A stretch of DNA of 64,000 bases from Lama glama. Lineage: Eukaryota. The stretch is from positions 23,066,001 to 23,130,000 of the forward strand of contig CM052817.1 in the NCBI GenBank assembly GCA_028534125.1, given 5' to 3'. A model generated the notes under the pieces. That model was not told the origin of the DNA. It searched no databases and was given only the letters and a program-made list of their open reading frames with translations. How positions within the stretch are numbered: the first letter of the stretch is position 1; every line of letters starts with the position of its first letter. This document shows positions 38,133-51,479 of the stretch, one piece after another. A program made the position numbers and the translations under genes.

Positions 38133-39785
38133 TTTTAATTAAAAATATTATAGTAAATATATATAACATAAAATTTGCCATTTTAATATGTACAATTCTG
38201 TGGTGTTAATTACATTTATAAAGTCATGCAGCCATCAATTTTATTTAAAACTTTTTATCACCTCAAACAGAAGCCCTGTTACCATTGGGCAATAAATCCC
38301 CATACCCTTCACCCCAGCCCATAACGATCTTGAATCAACTGCTTTTCTCTATGAATTTGCCTATTCTAAGCATATATAGAAACATTATCATATATTATTT
38401 CACTTAGCATTTCCACGGGTTATCTCTTTTGCAGGAAGAATCAGAACTATATTCTTTTTTGAAACTGAATATTATGCCGTTGTGTGGAATGCATTTCATT
38501 TATTCATTCATCTGTGGATGGACACATAGTTTTTGTTCCCACCTTTTGGCTACAGTAAGCATTGTAATAGAAATATCTGTCTGAATCCCTCTTTTTATTT
38601 CTTTTGGGTATGTACAGTTAACCCGTGAACAACCTGGGTTCAAACTCTGCCAAGTCCATTTACATGCTGATTTCTTCCAATAAATACTTACTATAGTATT
38701 TTGCAATCTGCGAGTGGTTGAATTCACAGGTATGGAACTGTGGTTTCAAAAGACTATAAAGTTATATCCGGATTTCTGACTGTGTGTGAGTGAGGGGTCA
38801 ATATCCCTAAACTCTGAGTTGTTCGAGGGTCAACTGTACTTAGAAATTGAATTGTTGGTCATATGGTAATTCTATGTTTAACTAACCATCAAACGGTTTT
38901 CTAGAGGGGATGCAGAATTTTACATCTCATTAGTAATGCGTGAGGATTCCAAGTTTCCCACATTTTTGTCAACACTATTTTTTTCTATTTTAAAATATCT
39001 ATTATTTGTTATAGCCATCCTAATGAGTATGAAGTGTTATCTGATTGTGATTTTGATTTGCGTTACCTAATGATTAATGATGTTATGCATCTTTTCATGT
39101 GCTTATTAGCTATTTGTATATCTTTGGAGAAATATCTGTTCAAGTCCTTTGCCTACTTTTTTTTTAATTTAGTTTTTTTTGTTGTTACTGTTGAGTTGTA
39201 GGAGTTCTTTGTATATTTGGTATATCAAACCTTTGTCAAGTATATGTTTTGCACATATTTTCTTCAATTCTATAGGTTCACTTTTCACTCTCCTAATAAT
39301 TTTCTTTGATTCACAAGTTTTGAATGTTTAAAATTTCCAAAGTCAATGATCTTACCCCTATGTCTTCTTCTAAAAGTTTGTTATTGTAGCTCCTATGACA
39401 AAGTCTTTAATCTCTTTTGCGTTAATTGATGTGAATGGTGTGAATTAGAGGTTTGGCTTCATTCTTTTGCCTGTGAGAGTCCAGTTGTCCCGTCACCGTT
39501 TGTTACGGAGACTGTTCTTGAATAGGTTTGGCACTCCTGTAGACCATCAGTTGGCTGTACACGTCTGAGTTTATTTCTGGATCTTAACTGAATTCCACTG
39601 GTCAGCATATCTGTCTTTATGTCAGTACTACACTGTTTTGATAACTTTACTTTTGTAGTTAGTTTGCAAAACTGGTGTGTGACTCCTCCAAATTTGCTCT
39701 GATTTTTCAAGATTGTTTTGACTACTTGAGGTCCTTTGAAATTCCTTATGAATTTGAGAACTGGTCTTTCTATTTCTGGAACACT
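38133..39785 (-). mobile_element. 5'-truncated L1MB-type element (3'UTR plus ORF2 C-terminus)
   Basis: ATATAACATAAAATTTGCCATTTTAA, CACCTCAAACAGAAGCCCTGTTACCATT and LKFIRNFKGPQVVKTILKNQSKFGG (39459-39854). Confidence 0.88.
38615..38836. mobile_element. Tigger2-derived MITE (MER8/Tigger2a-like, Tc1/mariner superfamily)
   Basis: TIRs CAGTTAACCCGTGAACAAC / GTTGTTCGAGGGTCAACTG (16/19 match). TA TSD at 38613-38614 and 38837-38838. Confidence 0.92.
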
Positions 39786-41999
39786 TTTTAAACATTCATA
39801 TTCTAAAATATAATAATTACTGATAAACCTTCCAGATAAGCAAAGATGAGTCAACGTTTCCCATTTTAAAGAAGGATCAACACTCAGGTATTAGCATTTA
39901 GGTCCCTGTCTATGGCAGTGTTTTTTTCTTTCTTATGATTATCTTATGGTCTTCAGATCATCTTGTTCACTCTCTCCAAACTCCTCTTCATCCAGTGCTC
40001 CTTGCAGATTCTGAAGTGGTTAGGCATATATAGAGTACAATAGATGGCATGGCGCTCTGTCATATCATTTTCTTTGCAACTGAGGTTTGTCTTTTCCTTC
40101 CATTTTACCCTTTTCCTGCTATTGTATTTTTTTAATGTCAGAGGAAGTGAAGTTACAATGAAGATTTAGAGATTGGTATATATGCAGATGTTCATGACCA
40201 ATAATCAGTAATAACCTTTTACACTGATTGATGTTAAATGTGCCTGGTATATTGTGTAATTAAAAAAAAAAAAACCTACCTAATGATTGAAAACTTAAAG
40301 ACTAAAAGCAATAAATCAGATGATTATATAAAATCAGGGAGAAAAAGTGATAGATAGGAATTAAACATTGACTGTCTTATTACATCATAGATGCTGAGTT
40401 ATTAAATAAATGTTGGTCTATTTTAATAAGCTAATACTTTATTTTAATATATTTTGTATTTATTATACATTGTATACTGTAATTATTAACTTTAGTAAGT
40501 TGAAATAAAATGGATTCTTAAATTTGCTTAAAAATTTATTTCATTACTTAATTCTCCACAACAAAGAGAAATATTAGCACTATCTCTCAGAAACCATTAT
40601 CAAATACAAGTCTTAGAGAAGATTTAGCTGAAGTTCCTAGTTCAGTGAGAGTATATGTTCTTGCCTTCAGAGTCCTTGAGCTTTTCCATTGTTGGTAGAG
40701 GTTATCATGGCATTTTACCATGCACTGCTTTAATAAACTGTAAAATTCAGAAAATCAGAAATCAGGACAATATGCCTTAGGATCCTAGCTGCAACTTTCA
40801 GTTAATACATTGTCCCTCACCTCAAAGGTTAAAACTAGTATCATACAATAATTGTTTAAAATAATACTGCAAAACTACTATATTTAATAATTATTTTTGT
40901 CTATTATTGTAACAATATAAAAGTTAAAATAAAATGAGGAAACATTTCCCTCTTCTTAGCCAAATCTGCACTTTTCATGAACAGGGGCATCCAGAATTCT
41001 ACCTAATCAAAGTCAGGAGGAAAAGAGTAAATTTAAAAAAGAGAGAGACAGACATGTTCATAGACAAAGACAATACTTTTAAACTTAATTGTAGTGAAAT
41101 ATATTCAGTAACAGTTTAATCTGACAGTATCTCCTACTCACAGTAATATATTAAGTAAGTGGTTCTTTGACCACAGCCTTGCAATTTCTGACCTTCAGAG
41201 GGATTGCACAGAGATAAGCACATCTACTGGATACATAGGTTACCCCATCTTGCTTTCTGAGGTGATGATAGTCTTTTTTTCTTTTTTTACATCTGTAGTG
41301 ATTAAATTTTTCTGTGAAGCATGAAATATAATTACAGTGAGATTAGAGAGCATTACCTACATGTGTTATAATTGCCCATGAAATTTTCTACTGAAAAATA
41401 CCTACAGTGTTTAATACTTTTTTAATTCATTCTATTGAACTGGAAAGAGTTATGGTTTATAGTTTAGATGGAATGATAAAAATCTAATTTTTTAAAAATC
41501 TCACTTTGTTCCTCCTTAGTTTCAGTTTTTTACTAAAGAAAATTAACTGTTAGATGCTATGTTTGTTTCAATTTGTTTTCGTTAAAATCTGGTTTAAAAT
41601 CCCTCACTGAAGCTTTGCTAAAATGTCATCTGTCCTAATGAATATGTATAAAATAAAGTATGGAATAAATCTGAGAAAATTTTTCTTCAAAGTACTCGGT
41701 TTTTTGTTTTTTGTTTTTTTTTTTTTTGGAATTGAATGCTCTTTTGCACTTGACTATATTATCAAAGACACAATGTGCATAGTATCAAGCTTTATTTTGA
41801 TGGATAAATCTGGGGAGTGAATGATTGTTGTGGAGAACAAACGCAATGGAAACTTTTAGGTAACAGAGGAATTTAGTTAGTTGTCAGCTGTCCTTATACT
41901 CTTTACAGTGGAATATTTTACTGTATGTATTAGAAACCTAATGACAGCATACTGTTACATGAACTCAATTACTTCAGCATCCACATGAAAAAGACTGGG

Positions 42000-42215
42000 A
42001 AAAAATTATCTTCATTCTCACTGCCTCTGCCTCAATTGCAAGCCTTTATCACTTACCAATGGGCGGTGGCAATCACTTGCTAAACATTCCCTTTCTCCAG
42101 GTTATCTCCATCCTAACTGTTCTCTGCACTACTCTAGTGAGGTAAAATATATTCTTGCTCAAATGACATTTCTCATTAAAAAATTTATTCTTGGAGTCCT
42201 CTTTACCATGCCAGA
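42000..42215 (+). mobile_element. LINE-2 remnant
   Basis: CATTCTCACTGCCTCTGCCTCAATTGCAAGCCTTTATCACTT...GCAATCACTTGCTAAA. Confidence 0.5.
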
Positions 42216-43004
42216 CAGTCAGAGAGAAGGCACCTTTCATATGCAAGTGAAAACTGGAGGTAGTTAGGATTAACTAGAAAGGAAGCACCTAAGGGACTCT
42301 GAAGACTAGAGTCATCAAACCGAGAGAAAGTCTGGGCTGCTCAAATCAAAATAACGAATATAAGTAGTATCTACATGGTGAACCCTCCTTTCCCCATTGA
42401 AATCTGAGATCTATATTTACATCTGTTAAGTTGCAAATCCAATTATCCTTTCTAGAGAATTTTAGGGGCACAGGAATGTAGCATTTCTGAGAGTTGTGGT
42501 TTCCCCCTAAATTCATGCAGTAAACAAGCCACTATATTGCGATTCAGCAGTTTACAAGTTTTCTCCTTCTTATAATTACAGGTTGCAATTAGCTTTTTGT
42601 GTGTTCTACACTTAGATATGAGCGAATAGCATAGGTTCACTTGATATTTTAAAACACATTTCCAACATGAAAAACTGAGACCAAAGAAATAACGTATAAA
42701 TTATAGAAAACATAATTCCAGAAAAAGAAAATTTGGAATCCTTTTTAGAATCCTCAGAGTGTTAAGTAAGTTATTATATTAATGATAATACCAGAATGCT
42801 ATTTAAAACAGACATCTTGAGGGCAAAAACATGATCTTTAGTAAAAATTATTGTCTATGCTTCCTCTTGAATAATAGGACTCAATTTATATTGCCACTGC
42901 AATTAAAGAATAATTTTTCCTATATATGCATTGTAGCAGTTGTTGTAGGTCTATTCTCTTTTATTCCCAAGTTGGGATAAATATTTCACAGAATTGGCCT
43001 TTGA

Positions 43005-44210
43005 TTTTTTTCTAGGTTTATTGAGATGTGTTAATGGCATGTGTTAAATGACATGTAACATTGTACAAGTTTAAGGTATACAATGTGTTGATTGATATAC
43101 TGTATTGCAAAATAATCACCATCATAGCTTTAGCTAACACCTCTGCCATGTCCCATGATTATCATTTTTTTGTGTGTCGTGAGAACATTTAATATTTACT
43201 TTCCTGGCGACTTTCAAGTATATAACAGTATTATTAACTATAATCACCATCTTGTACATTAGATCCCCAAAACATTTGTTTTATAATTGGTAGTTCGTAC
43301 ACTTTGATCAACACCAGTCCATTTCCCCCATCCCCTAACTCCTGATAAGTTCAGACCTACTCCCTGCTTCTATGAGTTTGGCTTTATTAGATTCTGCATA
43401 TGAGGGATGTCATACAATATTTGTCTTTCTCTGTCTGACTTAACTTCACATAGCATAATACCCTCAAGCTCCATCTATGGTGTCACAAATGGTAAATTTC
43501 CTTTTTTCTCATGGTTGTAGAATATTTCATTGTATACATTTACCACATATTTTTTATCTATATATTCATTGATGGACACATGGTGTTTTTGTATCTTTGC
43601 TATTGTGAATGATGCTGCAGTGAACATGGGGGTAACCCATATCTCTTTGAGATTCTGTTTTGATTCCATTTGGGTATAAACCCAGAGGTGGGGTTGATGA
43701 ATCATATGATAGTTCTATTTTTAATTTTTTGAGGAACCTCCGTACCATTTTGCATACTGGCTGTACCAATTTACACCCTGCCTATAGTGCACAAGGGCTC
43801 CTTTTTCTCCATATCCTTGCCAACACCTGCTATCTCGTTTCTGTATAATGACACCCATTTTAAGAGGTGTGAGGTGATATCTCCTTGTGGTTTTGGTTTC
43901 CATTTCCCTGATAATTGCTGACTTGAACACCTCTCCATGTATCTGTTGACCATTTGTATGTCTTCTTTAGAAAGATGTCTATTAAGTTCCATTACCCATT
44001 TTTAATTGGATTTTTTTCTGCTATTGAGTCATGAGTTCTTTATAATTTTTAGATATGAACCCTTATCAGATATATGGTCTATAAATATTTTCTGGTCTCC
44101 CTTCAGTTGCCTCTTTATTCTGTTGATTGTTTACTTTGTTATGAAAAAGGTTTTTTAGTCTGATGTTATTCTACTTACACATAAGATAGGGGTCGAATTT
44201 CATTTTTCTA
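43005..44210 (-). mobile_element. 5'-truncated L1MA9-like element
   Basis: 3'UTR GTGAGAACATTTAATATTTACT..CTTTCAAGTATATAACAGTATTATTAACTATAATCACCAT. ORF2 C-terminal remnants RRFLKKLKIELSYD, IIREMETKTTRRYHLTP and LNRHLSKEDIQMVNRYM. Confidence 0.92.
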
Positions 44211-44234
44211 CAAAATTAGACTTCTGAGTTCTCG

Positions 44235-44348
44235 TGATGGTGTGACCCAGTTTGCCTGTTTATGCTTGATGCCTTAGCATGATGGACTTGAGTGTCAATT
44301 TTCACTTCAAAATATCACAGTTTGTATGGATAAATTAGAGTCCACCTA
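44235..44348. mobile_element. MER94-like hAT MITE remnant
   Basis: CAGTTTGCCTG...TTTCACTTCAAAATATCACAGTTTGTATGGATAAATTAGAGTCCACCT resembles the recalled MER94 sequence. Confidence 0.5.
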
Positions 44349-46997
44349 CTTGAAATTGTCAGTCATTGGAAACACATCAATGGGAGCTGTAGATTTCACT
44401 GTATTTTACAATTCAGAAATTAATCAGAGGGCTTGGTCTCTTGGTGTCCAAGGTAGATCTTTTCCTTACTTCCCAAAACATTATGGGACATGTTATTTCA
44501 TGTAAAATGAATGTGTGTGTTTATATGGATGCTGAAAGATTTTAGTTCAACCACATAACATGGTAACAAGAATGGCCCCAAATAGGAAGGATGTATTACA
44601 TTTTTATAGGACCTTGTAAGGTTTCTGAGAATATTCATATCCATTGAATTCCTATGCAGGCTACTGTTAGTGCTAAGCCAAATAAAGATAAACTAGCATT
44701 ACTTCGTTATATTCTTATCTTTTCTTTGACAATTCAAGGGAAGTCATAGCTTCCTGATGTGGGATAATTAATAGTGAAATATCTTGTATCAAGCAGCCAA
44801 ATACACCTTTATTTTGTTCTATATGACAACAACATGGGAAAAGTGAGGATTGAAATTCTTTATTATAAATATCACATTGAAAGTACTAACAACATCAACA
44901 AAAATAATTCTACTCAATTTTATTTCACATTTGTTTTAAAATTATTCTATGAAATTCCATAATACTTGGGTTGTTTTGGTGTACTGATTCCAAATAAATG
45001 TACTAGTTGATTTTTCCTTATACTAAATGAGTATTTTGATATATTTTAATGCAACCTATAAAATATTTTCCTCCTATTCAAGATAGGAATGGTAAGGAAA
45101 GAACAAAGAGTCAAATTCCTAGTTTTGAGCTCTTAAGTAGACTTACCAAATATTTAGCAAAAGCAATAGCCTGAAAGCCAAAGCACTTGCTAAGTCCAGG
45201 CACCTGAGTGAATTAGAAGACCTCTCTGGAGTTATCAGAATGCGGCTTTGCATGTAAAGGCTAGAGGGCTCACGGCACGCCAAGTTTACCACATGCCGTA
45301 GATGAGAAAGAAGTGTGCAAGAATCTAAGAAATTAAGAGTTCCTAGGTTTCCTCTGTAAGGTGAGAATACTAAATTGGATCAGTTAGGAAAAGTGAGAGT
45401 CTTCAGGGATATGTGGATGTTGATAAAATATTGAGAAGGGGCCCGACACAGCTTGTTTGACCCAAGTTTGGATGAGGGTAAGTTTCCTAGTTGCCTAGGT
45501 ATGCAATGAAGCTTGGATGGTTTTGACCTTTGCAGAGAAGCTCTGGGTCCCCCTTGGTACCTGAAGTTAGTGCTAAAGGAAGCATCTATATAATAGATAA
45601 GAAAGAATATTTAGAGGCCAGTACTCCTATGAGGGCTCCCTGTGAGCACAGTCATCCAGAATACCAGCCCTATCAACTGGGATTCAGAATTGGTTGAGAG
45701 GAGTACAGCTGAGCTAGCCTGGCCTGGGGGAGGAAGGACACATAGCATATGGACCTAACACCTGAGAGGCGAGCAGGGTCACCAACATTACTTGATTAAA
45801 AAGCAACAGAGACCATCGGGAAGGAGAAGCTGTACCTCTTGGTAGGAGAAACTATACTTTTTAAAAAGCCTGGGAAAATATGTAATAGCATGTATAGGGC
45901 AACATGGGAGAAGGGCAGGCATGTCTTCCAGGAAATTAGATTATTCCAAATGAAATTGCTCATCCATCCCACCCTATCAAAAAGTTAAGTGCTAATTAAA
46001 CTTGAAGTGACTGAATTTCTCCTACAGGGTAAACTGTTTTTTCTGCCATCAGTGATGCATTTAGTTGTATCAGGAGGGAGGATTGTTAAATGTATGCAGG
46101 TTTGTCCAAACCATGCTTGATCTACATACTTTTATTCATGTATAACAGTGGAGAAAAGGATGATTGGACTCCTTTTAAAAGTTTTGAAGATTTCTTTACT
46201 TTGTCAACAAATGCATTGAATTTGTTGGTACTTAATGTACATTGTGTTGGGATCTGTGTATTTCATTGTTTTAGTCTATTTTGGAACCCTGTAGATACAG
46301 ATGTTAACTTGTGGAGAGTGAATGGTGATGTATTTTTTCTCGTTGAGTAATGTGATTGGTTCCTGCCATACTGAATTGTCTTTTAAACTAGCTTTAACAT
46401 TTTATTGGAGACCCTCATTAGTTAATTAGATAACAATATTTCAAAAATGTATTAATTTCATATTTTTATGAGGGGTATGATTTTACCCCTTCTTTTCTTT
46501 ATAATTTAAAGTATTAGAACATTATCAGGAAAAATAAATGACACTTCTTCCTAGGAACTAGTATGACCCAGTATCAAGTTAATTGATACTCATGTGTTTA
46601 TTTATTATGGAAAGAGTACAGAGATTGATATCACCACTCCAACTTTTAAATACAAGGCATGAGTCTGCTTGGAATTCAGTCCACACAAGGTGTCATTTTG
46701 ATCTGTTGTGCCACTTAAACCTTTTCTTTTGGTCCAGGTCTTTCATTTTCAGTATAGCTGTAGATACAGGTATTAAAAATGGAAAGTTTAATTATTTACA
46801 TATGATGCTTGTGACAATATAGATTGATAAATTCTGCTCTTACTTACAGAAAATGAGTTGAAATGAGTAAAAAAGAACTGAAATGGTTTTGACAAGATTT
46901 ATTTTTCGATCATTAGGACTATGAACGTTTTCATCAATAATTTGAGAACCTTAAAATTTATTTAAATAATAAAGTCAAATTTTAATCACTGGATTTG

Positions 46998-47133
46998 GAT
47001 ATGCATGCATGTATACACATATGCATTATTTATACTTATATGTATATATTATATGTGTATACATAGATGATACACACAAATATACATGCATGTATATACA
47101 CTTATGTATGTTATATTGTATATATATATAATA
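46998..47133. repeat. Degenerate TA/CA/TG low-complexity tract
   Basis: Alternating purine-pyrimidine runs (ATGCATGCATGTATACACATATG...). Confidence 0.85.
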
Positions 47134-48139
47134 GCATCAGAACAAAACAGAAATTTAATGAGCTTTGAAAATACGAATCAACTCAATTGTTAAAACTGAA
47201 TGCACACACAGGAAGGAGTAGGTATAGAACTTTGAAGAGTTACTCAACTTTGGTGTTTATGTCATACATAATGGTATAAAAGGGGCTAATTCTTTACTGT
47301 TTAGACATAAACTCCTTCTAATATCTTGAAATTATTTTCATTCTTTTCTCTGATTTCATTTATACTTTCTCATTCCCATTTTTCCAATGGAATTATATTC
47401 TTCTAAGTTCAGAAATCACCATTCTTCAGTTAATTTTCCCCTGGGTACAGACAGATCTGTGTACAAGTAGCAGCAAAAGAACGCACACCTTACCAGATGG
47501 CTGCCGGACTCGGATATCCAATGAGGAATTTGCAAGGAAAGAAATCTGAATTCAATGATCTAAGAATAGCACTAAGTACAGCCTTCAGCTTATCTGCCTA
47601 TAAATTTTCAGCAGATTTAATTCTTAATATTTACTTTGTTTAATTTAGCCTGTCCCTGAGGCAGTCAGTGAGAGTGAAGGACAACTGCTGATTCATTGAG
47701 AACCATGCAGGCGTTTCCTGTAGGCAGAGTTGGCACTTGGTTTGTTGAATGGCCCCTCTTTGGCTTTAGTGAATTTTGAATGTTCTGTGTCATTGAAAGG
47801 GTCTCATTACATACAGCAGCATGCTACAAAGGGAGGACACAACGGCTTTTGGCACAAGGCATACTTCTGTCCACATGCCGACTCTGCTACTCAGGCTTTC
47901 TGTAATGATGAGCAAGGGAATGAACTTCAGCATCTTAGTCGGCAAAGTGAATGAGGTAGCATGTCCTACGGCACAGGAGTTTTGTGACATTAAATAAGAT
48001 AAGCATGCAAAGTCCAAAGACATAGCAGGCCTTTTAAACTGGTAATATCTCTATTCTCTAAAGTTACTCAGAATGCCTAATATGCTAGACTCTGCTATGC
48101 CACTATTATCATAGGAATTTTGTTTCCAGTAACCACAGA

Positions 48140-48604
48140 GATATACCTAGAAAAATAGACGGTGGCTTTTAATGAGACACTTTTTCGTCCAATTTGCTTT
48201 GACCAACGGACAATAATAAAACAGGATACAGAAAGAGACTTTTAAAGAGCTTGCACATTGGAACTTGGCCTGTCTCGCTACTCTGTGAATCCTGAAGCCA
48301 CCACATGAACTAGCCTGGGCTAGCATGTTGAATGCTGAGAAAGAGGTGACCCAATAATTTACATCTTCCATGCTGGCATCCAGACAGCAGCCAGACAAAT
48401 GAGTGTGGTTTCCTGGGACCAGACAGCAACCTGTCCACTGATTGTAGGAACATGAGTAACACCAGCTGAGTCTGGCTCAGATTAGAAGAACCACACAGCT
48501 GAGTCCAGACCAGTGCCAACCTGCAGAATTATGAGATAAATAAATAGTTGATATTTTAGCCATTATATTTTGTGGTTTTTTGCACAGGAACAGATAACTG
48601 ATGT
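48140..48604 (+). mobile_element. MaLR solo LTR (MLT1G/H-like)
   Basis: AGAAGAACCACACAGCTGAGTCCAG...GCAGAATTATGAGATAAATAAATAGTTG..TTTTAGCCA...CAGATAACTGA. Confidence 0.8.
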
Positions 48605-48649
48605 TATCTCTTAGAATATTTTAATAAATATACTAATTGAAGACAAAAA

Positions 48650-48738
48650 TATGGAGGGAAAAAGAGAAAGGAAAAGAAGCAATGAAGGAGAGAAGAAAGA
48701 GAGGGAAGGAGAAAAGAGGAATTAGGAAGAAGGCAGGA
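48650..48738. repeat. GA-rich low-complexity tract
   Basis: Polypurine run. Confidence 0.85.
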
Positions 48739-50569
48739 TTTCTGTCCTGGATCTTGACATTTTCCCAAGGATTAGCAGAAGAACACTTATTTGCCATCAT
48801 TTTATCATCACTCAATAAATTAGCATTCCAATGTAGAAATGCCAGATATATTAATTTGAGGGGGTGGAGATGATAGCTGGGGGAGAAAAATACTCCCCAA
48901 GAGCACCTTGGAAAGGCTTTTGTCTTAAATACACCAAGAACATGATTTAACATTTAAGAGTATTTTATTATCATTAATTAGCATAGGTAACTTACTCCAT
49001 CCATCTAAGAACTCATTGGCAAAACTTAATGTCATGGTAATAATGAAAAGAGCAGTATGCCAATTGGTTTATTATTAATCTTGAAGAGAGCAGGGAGATT
49101 TGAATAGGAAAGAGGAACTGTACTGGCACTCGTGTGTACATATTCCTGAATTAGTATTAGATATATTGCAACTTTTTCCAGGGCAACATGGCATTATAGA
49201 AGAATAAATAGGAGATTTGTATAACTCTACACTATATTTTGTAAACAATTGTTTATTCTTTCTTCACACCAACAAAATTACATTTTCTGGCTTTAAGTTA
49301 TAAACTCAAAGTAGATGTAATGTGTCTTGGTAAACTAAAAGAAAAACTGAGAATGACACCTGGTTTGTAGTCAGAATTTAAAAATTGCAAAGCACAGAAA
49401 CTTAATTTTTAACAGTGGCTTTTCTCTTGGGATAATGGGTCATTGTAAATGGAATATCAGTCATATTTTTGCACTTCTCTGTTGCTACTTACGGTCCTAG
49501 CCTCAATCTGAAAAAAAAGTTTTTCAAAATTCTATAAAATGTCAACATATATCAGCTATATGTAAAAAGTAACTTTTCAACAGATGTGTTAGAATTTATA
49601 CTGTCAAATTAGTATCTACTTTTGAATGAGAAGGCTGTCAATGAGTATCTACTTACATGAGAAGACTATATAATTATGTTAGTAATGTTGCTGTTCTTTA
49701 TAATAGGTGCTATTTAGAATTGTCTCTAGAGCTCCAGGTTCAGGTTCTGTAATCTTACCTGCTTGCTAGAGAAACAAAGCTTCTATGCTGCATACGCCCA
49801 TGTCAGTGAACATGTGCTGTCCACACTGTTGGGGCTGATGTTCAAAAACACTGCAGGGATGGCAACCATACAGTAAACAGGCCCGTTGGGCAGTAGGAAT
49901 ATGTGGCTTGCCTCGGGGACAGGCTCTCTGAGATGCTTTCAACAGAAGTAGAAAGTGCTACTAACACTGCATACCCATGATCCCACTCACCTGTGTCCAT
50001 TCGCCCCAATCGAAAGCACTGACAGTTGTGATGGTTTCTCTCTGACAACAAGCCATCGATTAGGTTCTGCACAGTTCCTACTTGGATCCTTTATATTTTG
50101 AATTCATATTCACCTTCTAGCTTTCCCTCTATGTGCCACATTCACACACATAAAAGACAAATTTACTCCCAGTGAAATATAAATAATATAATGATTTGAT
50201 GATATGACCATTCACATGTTCATATCTAATCTCTAAAAAAAAGCACCATAGATCAGAAACCAAAATAATCCTTAAAATACATAATAATGGAAAGAGCAAT
50301 CTATTAATCATGGAATGTAAAGCCATATATTTTGAAATTTGTAAAACTTAGCATCTATAAAAGTTATAAGCTGGGCAGTGTTCAAAAGAAAATTAGTGAA
50401 TTGGGAGTAGATACAGTGAAATTTACCCAGAATTCAAGGTAGAGTTAGGGTATTTTTTTAAATTATACGAGACTTCTATACAAATATTGTGTCATTACAA
50501 ATAATTAAATGAGATGATACATCATCATGATTGACAGGAAAACCAAAAAAAAATCTTAATGATAAAGTA

Positions 50570-50740
50570 ATAAAACAGCAGCAATAATGACAATATTATT
50601 ATGTACTTGTCATATAACAGGCCTTGTTCTAAGTGCTTTATGCATATTTATTAAAAAAAACAAGTTTACATTATGTACTGTTATTATACTCATTTTAAAA
50701 ATGGGAAAACTGCTGCAGAGACATGTATACACAGCTAGAA
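50570..50740 (-). mobile_element. MIR SINE remnant
   Basis: CAGGCCTTGTTCTAAGTGCTTTA...CTCATTTTAAAAATGGGAAAACTG. Confidence 0.75.
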
Positions 50741-51027
50741 GGAGTAGAATTTGTTTATACGTTCACTAGTCCTCATGATGTTAGTAGTATACCATTCCAC
50801 CTCCTTACAAATATGTCAAGGCTTCTCCAAATTAACTTATGTAATAATTTACTTATAATACAAAATGACCCTTTCCTTTGCTTTTTAAAAATTTATTTAA
50901 TGAACTTGACAATTGACCTCTAAATTTCACATTAGAGAATCAAGGTAAATTTAAAAGCAAAGGCAACTTGTATAAAAGACTAAGAAAGGGTAGTGTCTTA
51001 ACATCATCTTATATTGGGATTTATTTT

Positions 51028-51478
51028 ATGTTAGGATTTGCTTTGCCTTTATCGGCACTAGTAGATTCAACCACATTTCCCAGGCCACCTTACCCGCTGG
51101 CTTCAGGATCGTGGGTGGCACCCCAGAAGAGTAAACAGTGAGAGACAGGGAGGTGTTGGATTATTTCTGCTCCTTTCTCTGTACTTCCAGGCAGCCTCTC
51201 TTGCAGAAGCTGCATCTTTTTTGACATTCTAGTTACATCCAGGCCAAATCTTTCCTGCCGTCTTACCCACAGGACCTCGCAAACACCGACTCTTTCATGG
51301 CTCCTTCCAGTCCTGGGGGCTGCAGTGCCTTCCTGCTGTTGCTAAACATTGGGTAGCCTCGCCATCCCCTTCTGCCCTTTCAGTTGTGCCACCTTTACAA
51401 ATAATTCCCATATTAAATTCACTGTGCTGGACTCTTTGGCAGAGCTTTTGTTGTCTTGATCAAACCCCGGATCATACA
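51028..51478 (+). mobile_element. ERVL solo LTR (LTR33-like)
   Basis: ACATTTCCCAGGCCACCTT, CCTTCCAGTCCTGGGGGCTGCAGTGCCTTCCTGCTGTTGCTA, ATTAAA signal and ...ATACA end. Confidence 0.75.
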
Positions 51479-51479
51479 G

